From: Thermoanaerobaculia bacterium
GTDB lineage: Bacteria; Acidobacteriota; Thermoanaerobaculia; Multivoradales; Multivoraceae
Direction: 5' to 3'
Length of the DNA: 64,000 nucleotides
NCBI GenBank assembly: GCA_963664405.1
Contig: OY761158.1
Span: forward strand, 6,528,001-6,592,000
The number at the start of each line of letters is the position of its first letter. Position 1 is the first letter of the stretch. Both the position numbers and the translations under genes were made by a program. Positions 1 to 11,878 of this stretch are shown here, one piece after another. The notes beneath the pieces were generated by a model. The model ran no database searches. It worked only from the letters and a program-made list of their open reading frames with translations, and was not told the origin of the DNA.

Positions 1-2197
<2,197 letters not shown>

Positions 2198-2305
2198 CTA
2201 GGAGCGCTACCCAATACGCCCAAGTGTTCAAAATAGGGTTACTTGGGAACACTCAGGACGTCGTGCGGGGTCTACTGAGCTCGACCTACTGACCTGCTCC
2301 CCGAT

Positions 2306-2497
2306 CTACGGTTGACCGCCCCTGGCTACTAGCTTCGGCGGCTGAGGCACGCTGTGATTGCAGGTGTATCTCATGCCGCCTTGGTTGTGTGTTTGGAGTT
2401 CCTCCAGGTGCTTCAGACAGAGCCCGACACTGCAGTGCCGACAGAGAGCCACTGCCCTCTTCTCCTCGCCTTCGCATGCGCAGACATAGCAATCCAT
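2306..2497 (-). CDS. Small Cys-rich protein, DUF2180-like
   Basis: 63 aa, CYVC...AVALCRHCSVGLCLKH pattern; GGAG RBS upstream. Confidence 0.7.
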   Translation of the reverse strand: MDCYVCACEGEEKRAVALCRHCSVGLCLKHLEELQTHNQGGMRYTCNHSVPQPPKLVARGGQP

Positions 2498-2651
2498 TGT
2501 TCTACTCCATTCGATTGTTCATTAAGAGGGATCGTCCTGGGACTTGGGCGAAGACACGCGGCCATCCGGGTATTTGGACGGCCGACTGAGCCGTGGGCGC
2601 CTTGGCGCGAGAGTAGCTAGCGGAGATAATGCTAATCAACACTTCTGGAAG

Positions 2652-3356
2652 CTAGTCCTGGTCGTTCGGGCAAAGCCAGCTGTACACCTTGCCTGCGATG
2701 AAGGCACCGACTAGCGGAGCGACCCAGAACAGCCACAACTGGGTCAGCGCCCAGCCACCGACAAAAACTGCCGGGCCGGTGCTGCGAGCCGGGTTGACCG
2801 AGGTGTTGGTCACCGGGATGCTGATCAGATGGATCAGTACCAGTGCAAGGCCGATAGCGAGTCCGCCAAACCCGGCCGGCGCAAGCTTGTGAGTGACACC
2901 TAGGATCACGATCAGGAAGACAAAGGTCATCACGACCTCGGTAAGGAGTGCCGAGGTCATCGAGTAGCCACCCGGCGAATGTTCCCCATACCCATTTGAC
3001 GCGAGGCCGTTAGCCGCGACATCGAAATCAGCCTGTCCACCGGCAATCACTATCAACACACCGGCCGCAACGATGGCACCCGCGACCTGGACCAAGGTGT
3101 ACGGAATTAATTCGTTGGCCGGAAATCGTCCACCTGCCCACAAGCCGACGGACACCGCCGGGTTCAAGTGACAGCCCGAGATGTGCCCGACGGCGTAGGC
3201 CATGGTCACAACTGTCAGGCCGAAAGCGAGGGATACCCCGACGAAGCCGATCCCAGTGTCAGGGAACGTGGCTGCCAGAACCGCACTCCCACACCCTCCG
3301 AGAACCAGCCAGAACGTGCCTATGAATTCAGCAGTGAGCTTTTTTGACAACGGCAT
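2652..3356 (-). CDS. aqpZ: Aquaporin Z (MIP family)
   Basis: [17 protein letters not shown]; two NPA motifs (HLNPAVS, SVNPARS). Confidence 0.97.
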   Translation of the reverse strand: MPLSKKLTAEFIGTFWLVLGGCGSAVLAATFPDTGIGFVGVSLAFGLTVVTMAYAVGHISGCHLNPAVSVGLWAGGRFPANELIPYTLVQVAGAIVAAGVLIVIAGGQADFDVAANGLASNGYGEHSPGGYSMTSALLTEVVMTFVFLIVILGVTHKLAPAGFGGLAIGLALVLIHLISIPVTNTSVNPARSTGPAVFVGGWALTQLWLFWVAPLVGAFIAGKVYSWLCPNDQD

Positions 3357-3408
3357 CTTGGGTTCTCCGCATTGTGCACTTGCCCTTCTTCACAAATCTT
3401 CCGGGCTC

Positions 3409-3727
3409 TCACTGCGGGAACGAACTCGGCGCGGTGTCCTGATAGCCCTCGCCATCGAGTGCCGCCATGAACGCGACAATCTCGTTGATTTCCTCGTCTG
3501 TCAAGTCGAGCGGCTTGATCTTCAGATCCAACTGCGGGTTCGGATTACCGCCCTGGTTATAGAGCTCCACAACCTCGCGCAACGTCTCAATCGACCCGTC
3601 ATGCCGCCTCCCACGCCGGGGGTGGTTGCTCCTGCGGCGTACATCCCGCCGACAGGAAAACGATGATGAATCCCGCCAATAGGAAGCTGATGATCAGCCC
3701 TAGCCGTTTCCTGACCATAGGCTCCAT
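3409..3727 (-). pseudogene. Di-heme cytochrome c peroxidase/MauG-family lipoprotein with the core deleted
   Basis: Signal/lipobox N-terminus MEPMVRKRLGLIISFLLAGFIIVFLSAGC joined out of frame at ~3601 to HDGSIETLREVVELYNQGGNPNPQLDLKIKPLDLTDEEINEIVAFMAALDG..., a typical bCcP/MauG C-terminus. Confidence 0.75.
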
Positions 3728-4003
3728 GTCAATCGCTCCTTCTGCTGTACCCCCCCCGCACCCGAGAGTTGACGCGTCACGCGGAACGCGCAAGCGATGC
3801 TGCTGCAAGTTCTTCTCTCGGAAGGGTAGAAGGACTGTAGCATGTCAACAGATCTTATTTGTTTGGCTTACAGGACAAACATCTGTGTACTGGCTTTCAT
3901 GTCCACCAGGGCAACACCAAAGGTCGAGGTGTGACGTTGGCAGGGACTGACTTAGACCGACTTCGCCGAGCTCCTCGGCGCAAAACGGCCTACAATCTCC
4001 GGA

Positions 4004-4662
4004 ATGCGCGATGACGTGAGGGTTGTTCTGCGTCGGCTCGGGGAGGAGATCCGAGCCCGCGGACTCAAGCAGAACGACATCGAAGAGCTCGGCGGACTGA
4101 AGCCGCGGGACGTGACCCGGGTCCTCAACGGACATAAAGAGGCGACGCTTGCCATCGTGTTGTCGATCGGCAAGGGTATGGGATGGGCCTCACCCGGCCC
4201 GATCTCTTCTCGGTCCTCGCGGGCGTTCCTCTCAAGTCTGCATCGCGCTTCAGCGAGTCTGAGGCCGACGCCATCGTCGAGATCATCGAGGCGAGGTTAG
4301 GGCTGAAGGGGCCAACACAGCCGCTCGTCCCGGCCGACCCGATTAAGGTTGGCCTCTGCGTCATAGACAAGGACCTCCGTTTCGTCCAGATCAACGAGGT
4401 TCTCGCCCAGATTAACGGTAGGACAGCTGAGGCGCACATCGGCAAGCACATTGCCGAGGTGCTCCCCGGGGCGGCCGAGGGAGTAGTGCCGCAACTTCTC
4501 CATGTACTCAATACCGGAGAGCCGATCGTAGGCGGGGAGGTTGTGACAGAAACGCCTGCGCACCCCGGGGAAGAGAGACGCTACCTACACAACTACTACC
4601 CCATTTGTGGCACGGACGGCGCAGTGAGCGAGGTCAACTGCATTGTTGTGGGGGCAGCCTAG
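4004..4662 (+). pseudogene. XRE-family HTH + PAS_4 domain regulator, frameshifted
   Basis: HTH-like ORF (RARGLKQNDIEELGGLKPRDVTRVLNG) and PAS ORF (GLCVIDKDLRFVQINEVLAQING) join in frame if one copy of tandem ATGGG (4178-4187) is removed. Confidence 0.7.
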
Positions 4663-5009
4663 GGCTCGATCGCAACGCCTCCATCTCGAAATCGAGATAC
4701 CGATCTGGCTGAGGGCGCCGACCCGTGGCTCAAGGCGATGAAGTTGGAGGAGCTGCTGGCAAGGCGCCACCCTGTACGCGTTGGTTCTCTGCACGCCCAT
4801 GTTCTGGGAAGAAAAAGATTGTTCGGGACCGCCCGCGCGGGCAGAAGAGAGCGATCGACGAGACTCTTGAGGAGCTGGAAGAGGCCCCACCCCAGACAAG
4901 CAACTGGCAACCGTCCCGATCCTGGACTCCTTGGGCGCGACGAACTCGAACGTGATCGTCGTCTGGGAGCGCGGACATGAAATCAGATCGTGGGGATCCC
5001 TGTTACCGG

Positions 5010-5366
5010 CTACGAGAAAGCGCACTTAGTTGGCTGCGAGTCGGTTTTTTGTCCCCGCGAGGCGTGACTCAGGGTGTGGCGCAGATAGTCGAGGTACCCC
5101 TCGGGGGGTGGCGTCGTGGGGAGTTCTCGGAGGATGGGGAGAAAGTAGGCGAGGGATCGGATGGGCTGGAGCTTTGGTAGGCGCGGATCTCGGCATGCGC
5201 GTCGGGCGGAGCCGAGGAGGAGGGCGGCCTGGAGGACGGTGAGAGGCAGGTCTTGGTCGAAGAGCTGGTCGACGATGACGCGGTCGCCGTGGTGGAAGCG
5301 GTGCGGGGTGTCGGGAAGGAGTCGATAGAGGCGGAGGAGCTGGCGCCGATAGTGGCTTCGGGTCAT
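5010..5366 (-). CDS. IS21-associated hypothetical protein downstream of istB
   Basis: 118 aa; ATGA overlap with istB stop; ends inside the TIR; IRSLAYFLPIL motif. Confidence 0.7.
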   Translation of the reverse strand: MTRSHYRRQLLRLYRLLPDTPHRFHHGDRVIVDQLFDQDLPLTVLQAALLLGSARRACRDPRLPKLQPIRSLAYFLPILRELPTTPPPEGYLDYLRHTLSHASRGQKTDSQPTKCAFS

Positions 5367-6157
5367 GAGCGTCGTCGTGCTGCGCTCCGCCTTTTGGCGC
5401 GGTCCTTGGCCTTTTTTTCAGCAGCCTCCTTGGCCTCCTTGCGGCGATAGGAGTTAGCCTCGATCTTGACGATCTCGGCGTGGTGGGTGAGTCGATCGAC
5501 GAGAGTGACGACGCAGGAGGCGTTGGGAAAGACCTCGGCCCATTCGGCGAAGGGCTTGTTGGTGGTGAGAAGAATGGGCTTGTTGCCGTATCTCCTGGAG
5601 ACGACCTCGAAGAGGAGATCCGCGTGGCGGTGGTCGTAGGAGAGATAGCCGAGCTCATCGATTGCCAAAAGCGAGGGTCGGGTGTATTTGGAGAGCCTTC
5701 TCTGGAGCGCCGAGGGGGTTTCCTGGACGGCGAGATCGTTGAGCATGTCGGAGGCGGTGACGAAGCTGGCGGTGGCCCCTCGTTGCAGCGCCTGGTAGAG
5801 GAGGTTCTTGGCAATCATGGTCTTGCCGACACCGTTGGGTCCGAGGAGGATGACGTTGGTGATGTCGTCGAGGAATTGGAGGGTGAGCAGATCCTGGATC
5901 TGCTCGCGGTCGATGCGCTGGGGCCAGGAGAAGTCGAAGTCGGCGATGCTCTTGAAGAGCCCGACGCGGCTGGTGCGGATGCGCCGTTCGAGGCTGCGCC
6001 GTTTGCGCTCGGCCTCTTCTTTGCGCAGCAGCTGTTCGAGCCAGGGCTGTTCTCGGTAGGTGCCCCAGTCGTCGACGAGGGCGTAGAAGCCGAGGGATCG
6101 GGCGAGCTCTCGTAGTGGTTCGTCAGGGATCGTTGGACTCTTCCTGGGTCGGGCCAT
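5363..6157 (-). CDS. istB: IS21 helper AAA+ ATPase IstB
   Basis: FDFSW, Walker A GPNGVGKT, Walker B LLAIDELGY, DRLTHH; ATG at 6157 with GGAGG RBS. Confidence 0.95.
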   Translation of the reverse strand: MARPRKSPTIPDEPLRELARSLGFYALVDDWGTYREQPWLEQLLRKEEAERKRRSLERRIRTSRVGLFKSIADFDFSWPQRIDREQIQDLLTLQFLDDITNVILLGPNGVGKTMIAKNLLYQALQRGATASFVTASDMLNDLAVQETPSALQRRLSKYTRPSLLAIDELGYLSYDHRHADLLFEVVSRRYGNKPILLTTNKPFAEWAEVFPNASCVVTLVDRLTHHAEIVKIEANSYRRKEAKEAAEKKAKDRAKRRSAARRRS

Positions 6158-7631
6158 CGTCGTTGCCTCCAAGTTGGTCGTAGTCCTCGAGGTTGTGCGG
6201 TCTCACGGAGAGATCTCGCTGTTGGAGCTCCTGGCTGAGCGGCACCGGTAAAGCCGGGGGCTGACCGAGGCCGCGCTGGTGCCGTTCGAGTAGGAGCCGG
6301 ACGGACTGGAATCGCGGTGCGTGGTTCAGGAGCGCTTCGCGCACGGCTTTGTCGAGTCGCTGGGGGCCGTACTGGCGCAGGAGTCGGAGCAGGCCGGCGG
6401 TCTGCGTTCCGAGGTTCTCGCCTCGCTCGGCGAGCTGCTGCATCAGCTCTTCGCATCGAGGCACAGCGGAAAACAGCCGATGGAAGCCCCGGTGTCGTCG
6501 GGCCCTGCGTTTGTGAGCGAGGAGCTCCTCGAGGTGTTGAGGATCGAGGATCTGCTCGCCCCGGGAGTACGAGCGAGGGTGCTCGGCGAGGAGCTCCTGG
6601 CCATCGAGGATCCGCACCCGATGCTCGCTGGCGAGGAGCGTGACGGTCCTCTGCACATGACTGTGCGGCACCGAGTAGTCGTTGAGGTCGAAGCGCACGA
6701 TCGGCGTCTTTCTGACCTTGATCTCCAGTCGCAGGTCGGTTTCGAAGTCGTCTCCGGGAAGCTCAAGCAGTCGAGGTCGTTCCTGGGCCAGGGCGCTTTT
6801 CACGGTTCGCTGTCGGTCCTGCGGCCAGGGTCTGCGCTGCGACCTCTGGCACCATTCCAGGACCTGCCGATTCAGACGATCCAAATCGCTCACCGTTCGG
6901 GCGCCGAAGAACGAGCTTCGCAGGAAGCGGATTGCGCGCTCGACGCGGCCTTTCTCATTTCCCCGAGCCACCGCGGCGACGGTGGGAAGGAAGCCGTAGT
7001 GGCTGGCGAAATCGAGCAGCACGGGATGGAAGCGCACCGCGGTTCCCTGCCGCTCGATCACCGCGGTTCGCAGGTTGTCGTACAGAACGGTCCTGACGAC
7101 GCCGTCGACGTAGTGGAAGGCCAGCTGGTGAGCGTGCAAGAAGGTTTCGAGACGAGTGTCGAGGGTGAAGTGCACGAAGACCGTGCGCGAGAACGACAGC
7201 ACGAAGACGAAGGCATAGAGCCGACGATGTGCCCGGCCGACGCGGAGCCGACCGAAGTGGCCCCAGTCGACCTGCGCCTGCTCTCCTGGCAGCATGCGCA
7301 GCGAGAGAAACGCCTCGCGCTGGGGCTTCGGTCGCATCGAGGCCACCAGGTGGCGAAACTGATCCGGGCCTCCTGGATAGCCGCGCTCCACCACCATGGT
7401 GTAGAGACGGCTCGCCGGCAGTCGTGGGTAGGTCCCGAGCACCTGCTCGATGAACGGCAGGTAAGGATCGATCATCCTCCCTCGTCGCTGCTGGGGTAGC
7501 ACGCCGGACTTCTCCAGCGCCCGGCGCACGGTTGAGGGGTGCAGCTGTAGCTGTCGAGCGATCGTGCCGACTTTCCACTTCTCGACCAGGAACAGACGAC
7601 GGATCTCCCCGCGCAGCTGTGCGTCGATCAC
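6123..7631 (-). CDS. istA: IS21 transposase IstA
   Basis: N-terminal HTH, PGEQAQVDWG, LYDNLRTAV, KGRVER (DDE), Mu-type C-terminus; GTG start at 7631 with RBS. Confidence 0.95.
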   Translation of the reverse strand: MIDAQLRGEIRRLFLVEKWKVGTIARQLQLHPSTVRRALEKSGVLPQQRRGRMIDPYLPFIEQVLGTYPRLPASRLYTMVVERGYPGGPDQFRHLVASMRPKPQREAFLSLRMLPGEQAQVDWGHFGRLRVGRAHRRLYAFVFVLSFSRTVFVHFTLDTRLETFLHAHQLAFHYVDGVVRTVLYDNLRTAVIERQGTAVRFHPVLLDFASHYGFLPTVAAVARGNEKGRVERAIRFLRSSFFGARTVSDLDRLNRQVLEWCQRSQRRPWPQDRQRTVKSALAQERPRLLELPGDDFETDLRLEIKVRKTPIVRFDLNDYSVPHSHVQRTVTLLASEHRVRILDGQELLAEHPRSYSRGEQILDPQHLEELLAHKRRARRHRGFHRLFSAVPRCEELMQQLAERGENLGTQTAGLLRLLRQYGPQRLDKAVREALLNHAPRFQSVRLLLERHQRGLGQPPALPVPLSQELQQRDLSVRPHNLEDYDQLGGNDDGPTQEESNDP

Positions 7632-7635
7632 GCCC

Positions 7636-8031
7636 CTATCTCCGTCGGCAACGACGAAAGCTCGTTCGCACAAACTCTCGGCAGGCCTCTCCACACTGCA
7701 TGCATCGCGGATTCCTCGGGTCGTAGCGCACTTCGCGCCTCGGAGTCTCGATCCGACACAGTGTCCTCCCCGAAGTACCGCCTGGGGTACCCTGATGCGT
7801 CACTTTCTCTGCCCGCTCGCGCTGGCGCCGACGGTAGCGGGCCTGACGGGCGGCATGACAATGCCGACCTCGGAGGCTTCGCTGGTACCGATGGCCGGCC
7901 GCCCGAGTCGATTCCCGACGAGCCACCAGAGCACAAGCCCGGCAGTAACGCTGGCCACGGTCACAGTGCGAGCACAGCGAGATACGCCGACGGCATCGAG
8001 CACAGTCGAAGAGTCGGTAGTCCGGTCGCAT
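7636..8031 (-). CDS. IS21-associated Cys/Arg-rich putative zinc-finger protein upstream of istA
   Basis: 131 aa with CARC, CSHC, CRAC and a C-terminal CMQC; basic helix; stops 4 nt before istA. Confidence 0.7.
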   Translation of the reverse strand: MRPDYRLFDCARCRRRISLCSHCDRGQRYCRACALVARRESTRAAGHRYQRSLRGRHCHAARQARYRRRQRERAEKVTHQGTPGGTSGRTLCRIETPRREVRYDPRNPRCMQCGEACREFVRTSFRRCRRR

Positions 8032-8660
8032 CGTCGCCTCCCATTCGACGACGACCCCGACTCTCTGCCATACTGCAAGCGCAGCTAATGCTGCGGTTTG
8101 GGGCAGAGCCCGGGGCGTTTTCTACTTCGCTTTCCCGGGCTCTCGCCGTCTCTGGTCGGCCTGCTCTATCAGAGCAGAGCCCGCACTGCAAAGCCCTACA
8201 CCGACTCACGCATCTCTTCCGACCGCAAACACGCCGCCGGGACCACGCACCCGGACCGCCGTTCCGGCGGGATGATGCCGCCCTTCCTGAAGAAGGCCTA
8301 GCTTTCCCGCGGTCGCGAAGCCCTCAGCTCACTCCATCCCGGAAACTGCGCTCGCAGCCAACGGGATGCGCTTTCTCGCAGCCATCAACAATCCCGGCTC
8401 GAAGAGCTTCATGGAGGCTAGGAAGCCCACGCCGGGAGCCAGAACCGGCCCCAGAAGCCGGCATGCCGCCCCCGGGTAGGGTTGCTCTACCCCTCGAAAG
8501 CCTGCTGAATGCACACCCGCCCCGGCACCAGGCCGCGCGCCTCGTAGGGTGCAAACTCCGTCGCCCAACCTCCCAACCGTACTGTCGCATGCGCAAGCTA
8601 CAGTGCGGGGAGCACCAGGCAGTTAAGCAACAGTGCCAAACTGACCCGGAGGCGAAAACG

Positions 8661-9935
8661 TCAACGGCATAAACCCTTCCACTCGCGCAGCCGAGCCTCC
8701 GCACCCCTCGTATACTCGGGCGTGAGCAGACTCCGGCCAGAGGCTTCCAGCGGCGCGCTGAAGCGCAGCTCTCGCTCCTCTTCAGGGTGGAAGCTGGAGA
8801 TCACTCGGCGATGGCAGCGAATACAAGCACCCCGCAAGGTTGTCACCGGTGCGACCATCTGTGAGGGCATGCCGTCGACAAAGCCCGTGCGCGACATCGC
8901 CTCTTCATCGAGATCGGCGTAGACGAGCTCATCCGAGTCGAAGTTTCGCTGGTAGCGCACAGAGCGGAAGCGAACCTGCTCCTCCGCCTGTCTGTGCTCG
9001 TCCACATCGAGGCTGAGCTGCCCTCGAAACGAGACCTGCTGCCAGAACGCGACCTGATCTGTCGGCTGGATCTCGAAGTCGCTGTCGAGTACGTTGAAAT
9101 AGAGAAGCAGCACAGATTCGACGTCGGCTACCTCTAGCGCCAGCCGGCCCATGCGATCGTAGGGTGTGCCGCCGGTGAGGTACTCCTTCACCGCCTGACG
9201 CCCCTCGGGACCGGAGGTTGTGAAGAACACCCGCACCGTAAAGCGCCCGTGTAGGAGTCGGGCATGTGCTTCCGGAGGAGGAAGCATCTCGACAATGGTG
9301 CCGTCTTGCGCCGCGATGTCGCCGGCCAACGCCTCGATCTCGGGGACGCCGGCCAGCTCTGGCAAGCCGGCCAGCGTGGACGGAAGAGAGCTGACGTCCT
9401 CAGCCGAGTATGCCGTATCCTGCAACAGCGACATCGTCTCGCAGCGAAGGCGCTCGAGGCCCGGGCTCGCCGCGTTCTCGGACGCGTCCGCCACCGCATG
9501 GGCGAGCTCCCAGGCGGTACTGTGAAACATGAGCCGCTCCTGCGCTGAAGCCTCTGCAACGCGGCCTCTGATCTCGCCAAGCACAGTTACCAGAGCTTCC
9601 ACCTTGGCCGGCTCTCTGAGATCTCCCGCCAAGCCCTGCGTCGCGCGGGTGACGACGCCGTGAAGATCGGTCGGGAAGGGAAGCATGCAAGCGCCGGTCC
9701 GGGAGTACCAGGCACGCACGTCGCCTCTGTCCCACGAACCTCTCAACCCGCGTGCACTGCAAAGTGCAGGACTGGCCGCGACGATCACCTCCCCACCCTG
9801 GATCAGCTCCATCATCCGCCGATGCAGCGGACCCATAGAGGAGCCCGCCGCGGCTGCCGGCGTCAGAAGCAAAAGAACCAGACTAGGCAGGCTTAAAGTC
9901 GAGAGGGTGGGGCGTTGTCGCAGTACGGTCCTCAC
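8661..9935 (-). CDS. Hypothetical secreted protein with C-terminal CxxCH (possible c-type heme)
   Basis: Signal-peptide-like N-terminus; CIRCH near C-terminus; 424 aa. Confidence 0.65.
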   Translation of the reverse strand: MRTVLRQRPTLSTLSLPSLVLLLLTPAAAAGSSMGPLHRRMMELIQGGEVIVAASPALCSARGLRGSWDRGDVRAWYSRTGACMLPFPTDLHGVVTRATQGLAGDLREPAKVEALVTVLGEIRGRVAEASAQERLMFHSTAWELAHAVADASENAASPGLERLRCETMSLLQDTAYSAEDVSSLPSTLAGLPELAGVPEIEALAGDIAAQDGTIVEMLPPPEAHARLLHGRFTVRVFFTTSGPEGRQAVKEYLTGGTPYDRMGRLALEVADVESVLLLYFNVLDSDFEIQPTDQVAFWQQVSFRGQLSLDVDEHRQAEEQVRFRSVRYQRNFDSDELVYADLDEEAMSRTGFVDGMPSQMVAPVTTLRGACIRCHRRVISSFHPEEERELRFSAPLEASGRSLLTPEYTRGAEARLREWKGLCR

Positions 9936-10019
9936 GCCCGGCCTAAGATATCATCTGGCGCCCCGGCCCTCGCGTCGGCAACACCTCCGTTCATCCTTAG
10001 GGTCGGCGCGGAAATAACT

Positions 10020-11827
10020 TCACATTATCGCCGGAGCGTGTGAGGCCGAGGCGCCACAGGGCGGTCGCTGCATTGGAGGTGGTGGTGAGCTGAGCCCAGG
10101 CTGTGGGGCAAGCTCTTCCTGCTCGGTTCGCGGTCTCGGCGAGAGGGTGTAGTTCCACTTTCCTAGGAAGTCGCTCCTGGCCACCGCGAGCTGCAGCATT
10201 TCCTTGTCCGATACCCTGACTCCTTTCTGGTATTGGCGTTGATCACGGCACGGCTCGACGCGCAGTCCGGTGGATGTCGTCGTGTTGCGGACGAGGTTGA
10301 CGAGGATCTCGAAACTCTCGAGAGGAACTCCGGCCCAGTTCTTGCTGATCTCGCTGAACATCCTGTGCTCGATGGGATTCCATTTACTGGTGCCAGTTGG
10401 ATAGTGGGCGACGGTGATGATGAGGCCGCACTTGTCTACGAGCTTCTCCTGGAGGTACTTCTTCCAGGCTCGAAGCCGTGCGCCGTTGCTTGCGCCGCTG
10501 TCGGCAAGAATGAGGAGACGCTGAGACGCCGGATAGTGAGATCGACCGTATTTGAGCCACCAGGTCGCGATGCTGTTGACAGCGAACTCCGGCGTGTCCG
10601 ACGACTGTCCGAGGACGAGAACGCCGAAGTTCCTCTGAAGATCGTAGATCCCATAGGGGGAGGCGATGGCGAGAGCTTCGGACCGGAAGTCGTGATCCTT
10701 GACCCGCTTGGCCTCGCGGCACCATGTCTGTCCCTGGTTCTTGAACCGACCGATCAGCTCCTTCTTCTTCGTATCGACGCTGATGATCGGGTCGCCAGCG
10801 CTTGTGAAATCCTCGCGCAGTCGCTTGATGGCCTTGAACTGTGCATCACGATCTGGGGAGTTCCCCGAAGACAGACATTTCCTATTGCTCTTGAGGGAAT
10901 AGTTCAGGTCTGCGAGCAATCGACGCACCACCGTAGCCGATACGATGATGTCAAGGCGTTCGGCAAGGCATTGGGCCACCTTTGCAGCGGTCTCGTGCGT
11001 CCATCTTTTTGATGACATGGGATCACCAGCTATATCGGCCTCGAGTATGGAATGGATTCCATCGACTATCTCGGGCGTTTTTTTTCCACTCGTTGGTTGC
11101 CACCGCCTGCTCTTCGAACTCTTCCGCGCTCCACGGAGCCGCCGAAGAGCTCGCGACGTCCTTTTGCGACTGTATGAGGGTCCAGGTCCAGAAGATCGGC
11201 GATCTTCCGGTCGCCGCCATGCCCGAGCTTGGTCGCTTCCAGGCCAGCGAAGAGCCGCCGCTGGCGTTCGTCTAGCAGGCTGAAGAATAAAACGATGGCA
11301 GCCCTGAGCTCCTCGGGGAGCACTTCTGGAACGAGGCTGGCAGCTACATCCTGGAGAGCCTGCCGTTCGTTGCGCATCAGCTTCTGCTGACGACGGCGCC
11401 CTGTTTCCGAGCACAAGTATACGAACCTCTTCCCAACTCTGGATCGTACGATTCTCTTGCGACGAACGAGGTGCAACATCGCGTGCTTGACCTCGACCTG
11501 CAGCAGGAGCTCGAGTTCAGAAGCCGTATAGCCGGCAGCGGACCGGTCCACGGCAGCCACCGCAGTTTCGAGGAGGCTGCCATGCCGACTGAACCTCGCC
11601 GAACCGCACGACCACAAACCCAGATCGTCGAAATCGGGAATCTCGTTCAAGGTATAGAACCGCCCTCGATCCGAGTAGCTGGCCAAATAGCCCAATCGAG
11701 ACAGCGAACGGTAGACCGTCATGGTGGCTCGGGTTCCCATGGCGTCCTTGAGCTCATCCATGGTGGCCATCTGTTCGCTCATCAAGAGCTCGCGCACTGT
11801 TGCATCACGATCTTCGGCTCGTACCAT
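10020..11827 (-). CDS. ISAzo13-family transposase, two ORFs joined by putative -1 frameshift at A8 run (~11078-11085)
   Basis: OrfA ...LDERQRRLFAGLEA...VEKKRPR*; OrfB KKTPE...GDPMS...ISVDTKKKELIG...ADSGASNG...HYPTGTSKWNPIEHRMFS. Confidence 0.9.
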
Positions 11828-11878
11828 TTGGTATAGTTCCCCTTCCAAAAGAGGTGACAGGGAAAACTATACCAAATG
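11825..11878. promoter_or_regulatory. 14-bp inverted repeat covering transposase start codon/RBS
   Basis: CATTTGGTATAGTT (11825-11838) / AACTATACCAAATG (11865-11878). Confidence 0.6.

Larger units (their letters stand above)
5001..8390 (-). mobile_element. IS21-family insertion sequence (3,390 bp) with two accessory ORFs
   Basis: Imperfect TIRs TGTTaccGGCTaCGAGAAAGCGCActtaGTTGGCTGCGAG / TGTTgatGGCTgCGAGAAAGCGCAtcccGTTGGCTGCGAG; 5-bp direct repeat ATCCC at 4996-5000 and 8391-8395; istA/istB inside. Confidence 0.95.

Noticed and set aside
4663-5000. Gene disrupted by the IS21 insertion
   Set aside because: Joining the flanks gave no convincing continuous ORF or recognisable family
6321-7499. 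392-aa + strand ORF
   Set aside because: Antisense shadow of istA in GC-rich DNA; no motifs
7761-8672. 303-aa Pro/Arg-rich ORF
   Set aside because: Crosses the IS21 end and has low-complexity composition; likely spurious
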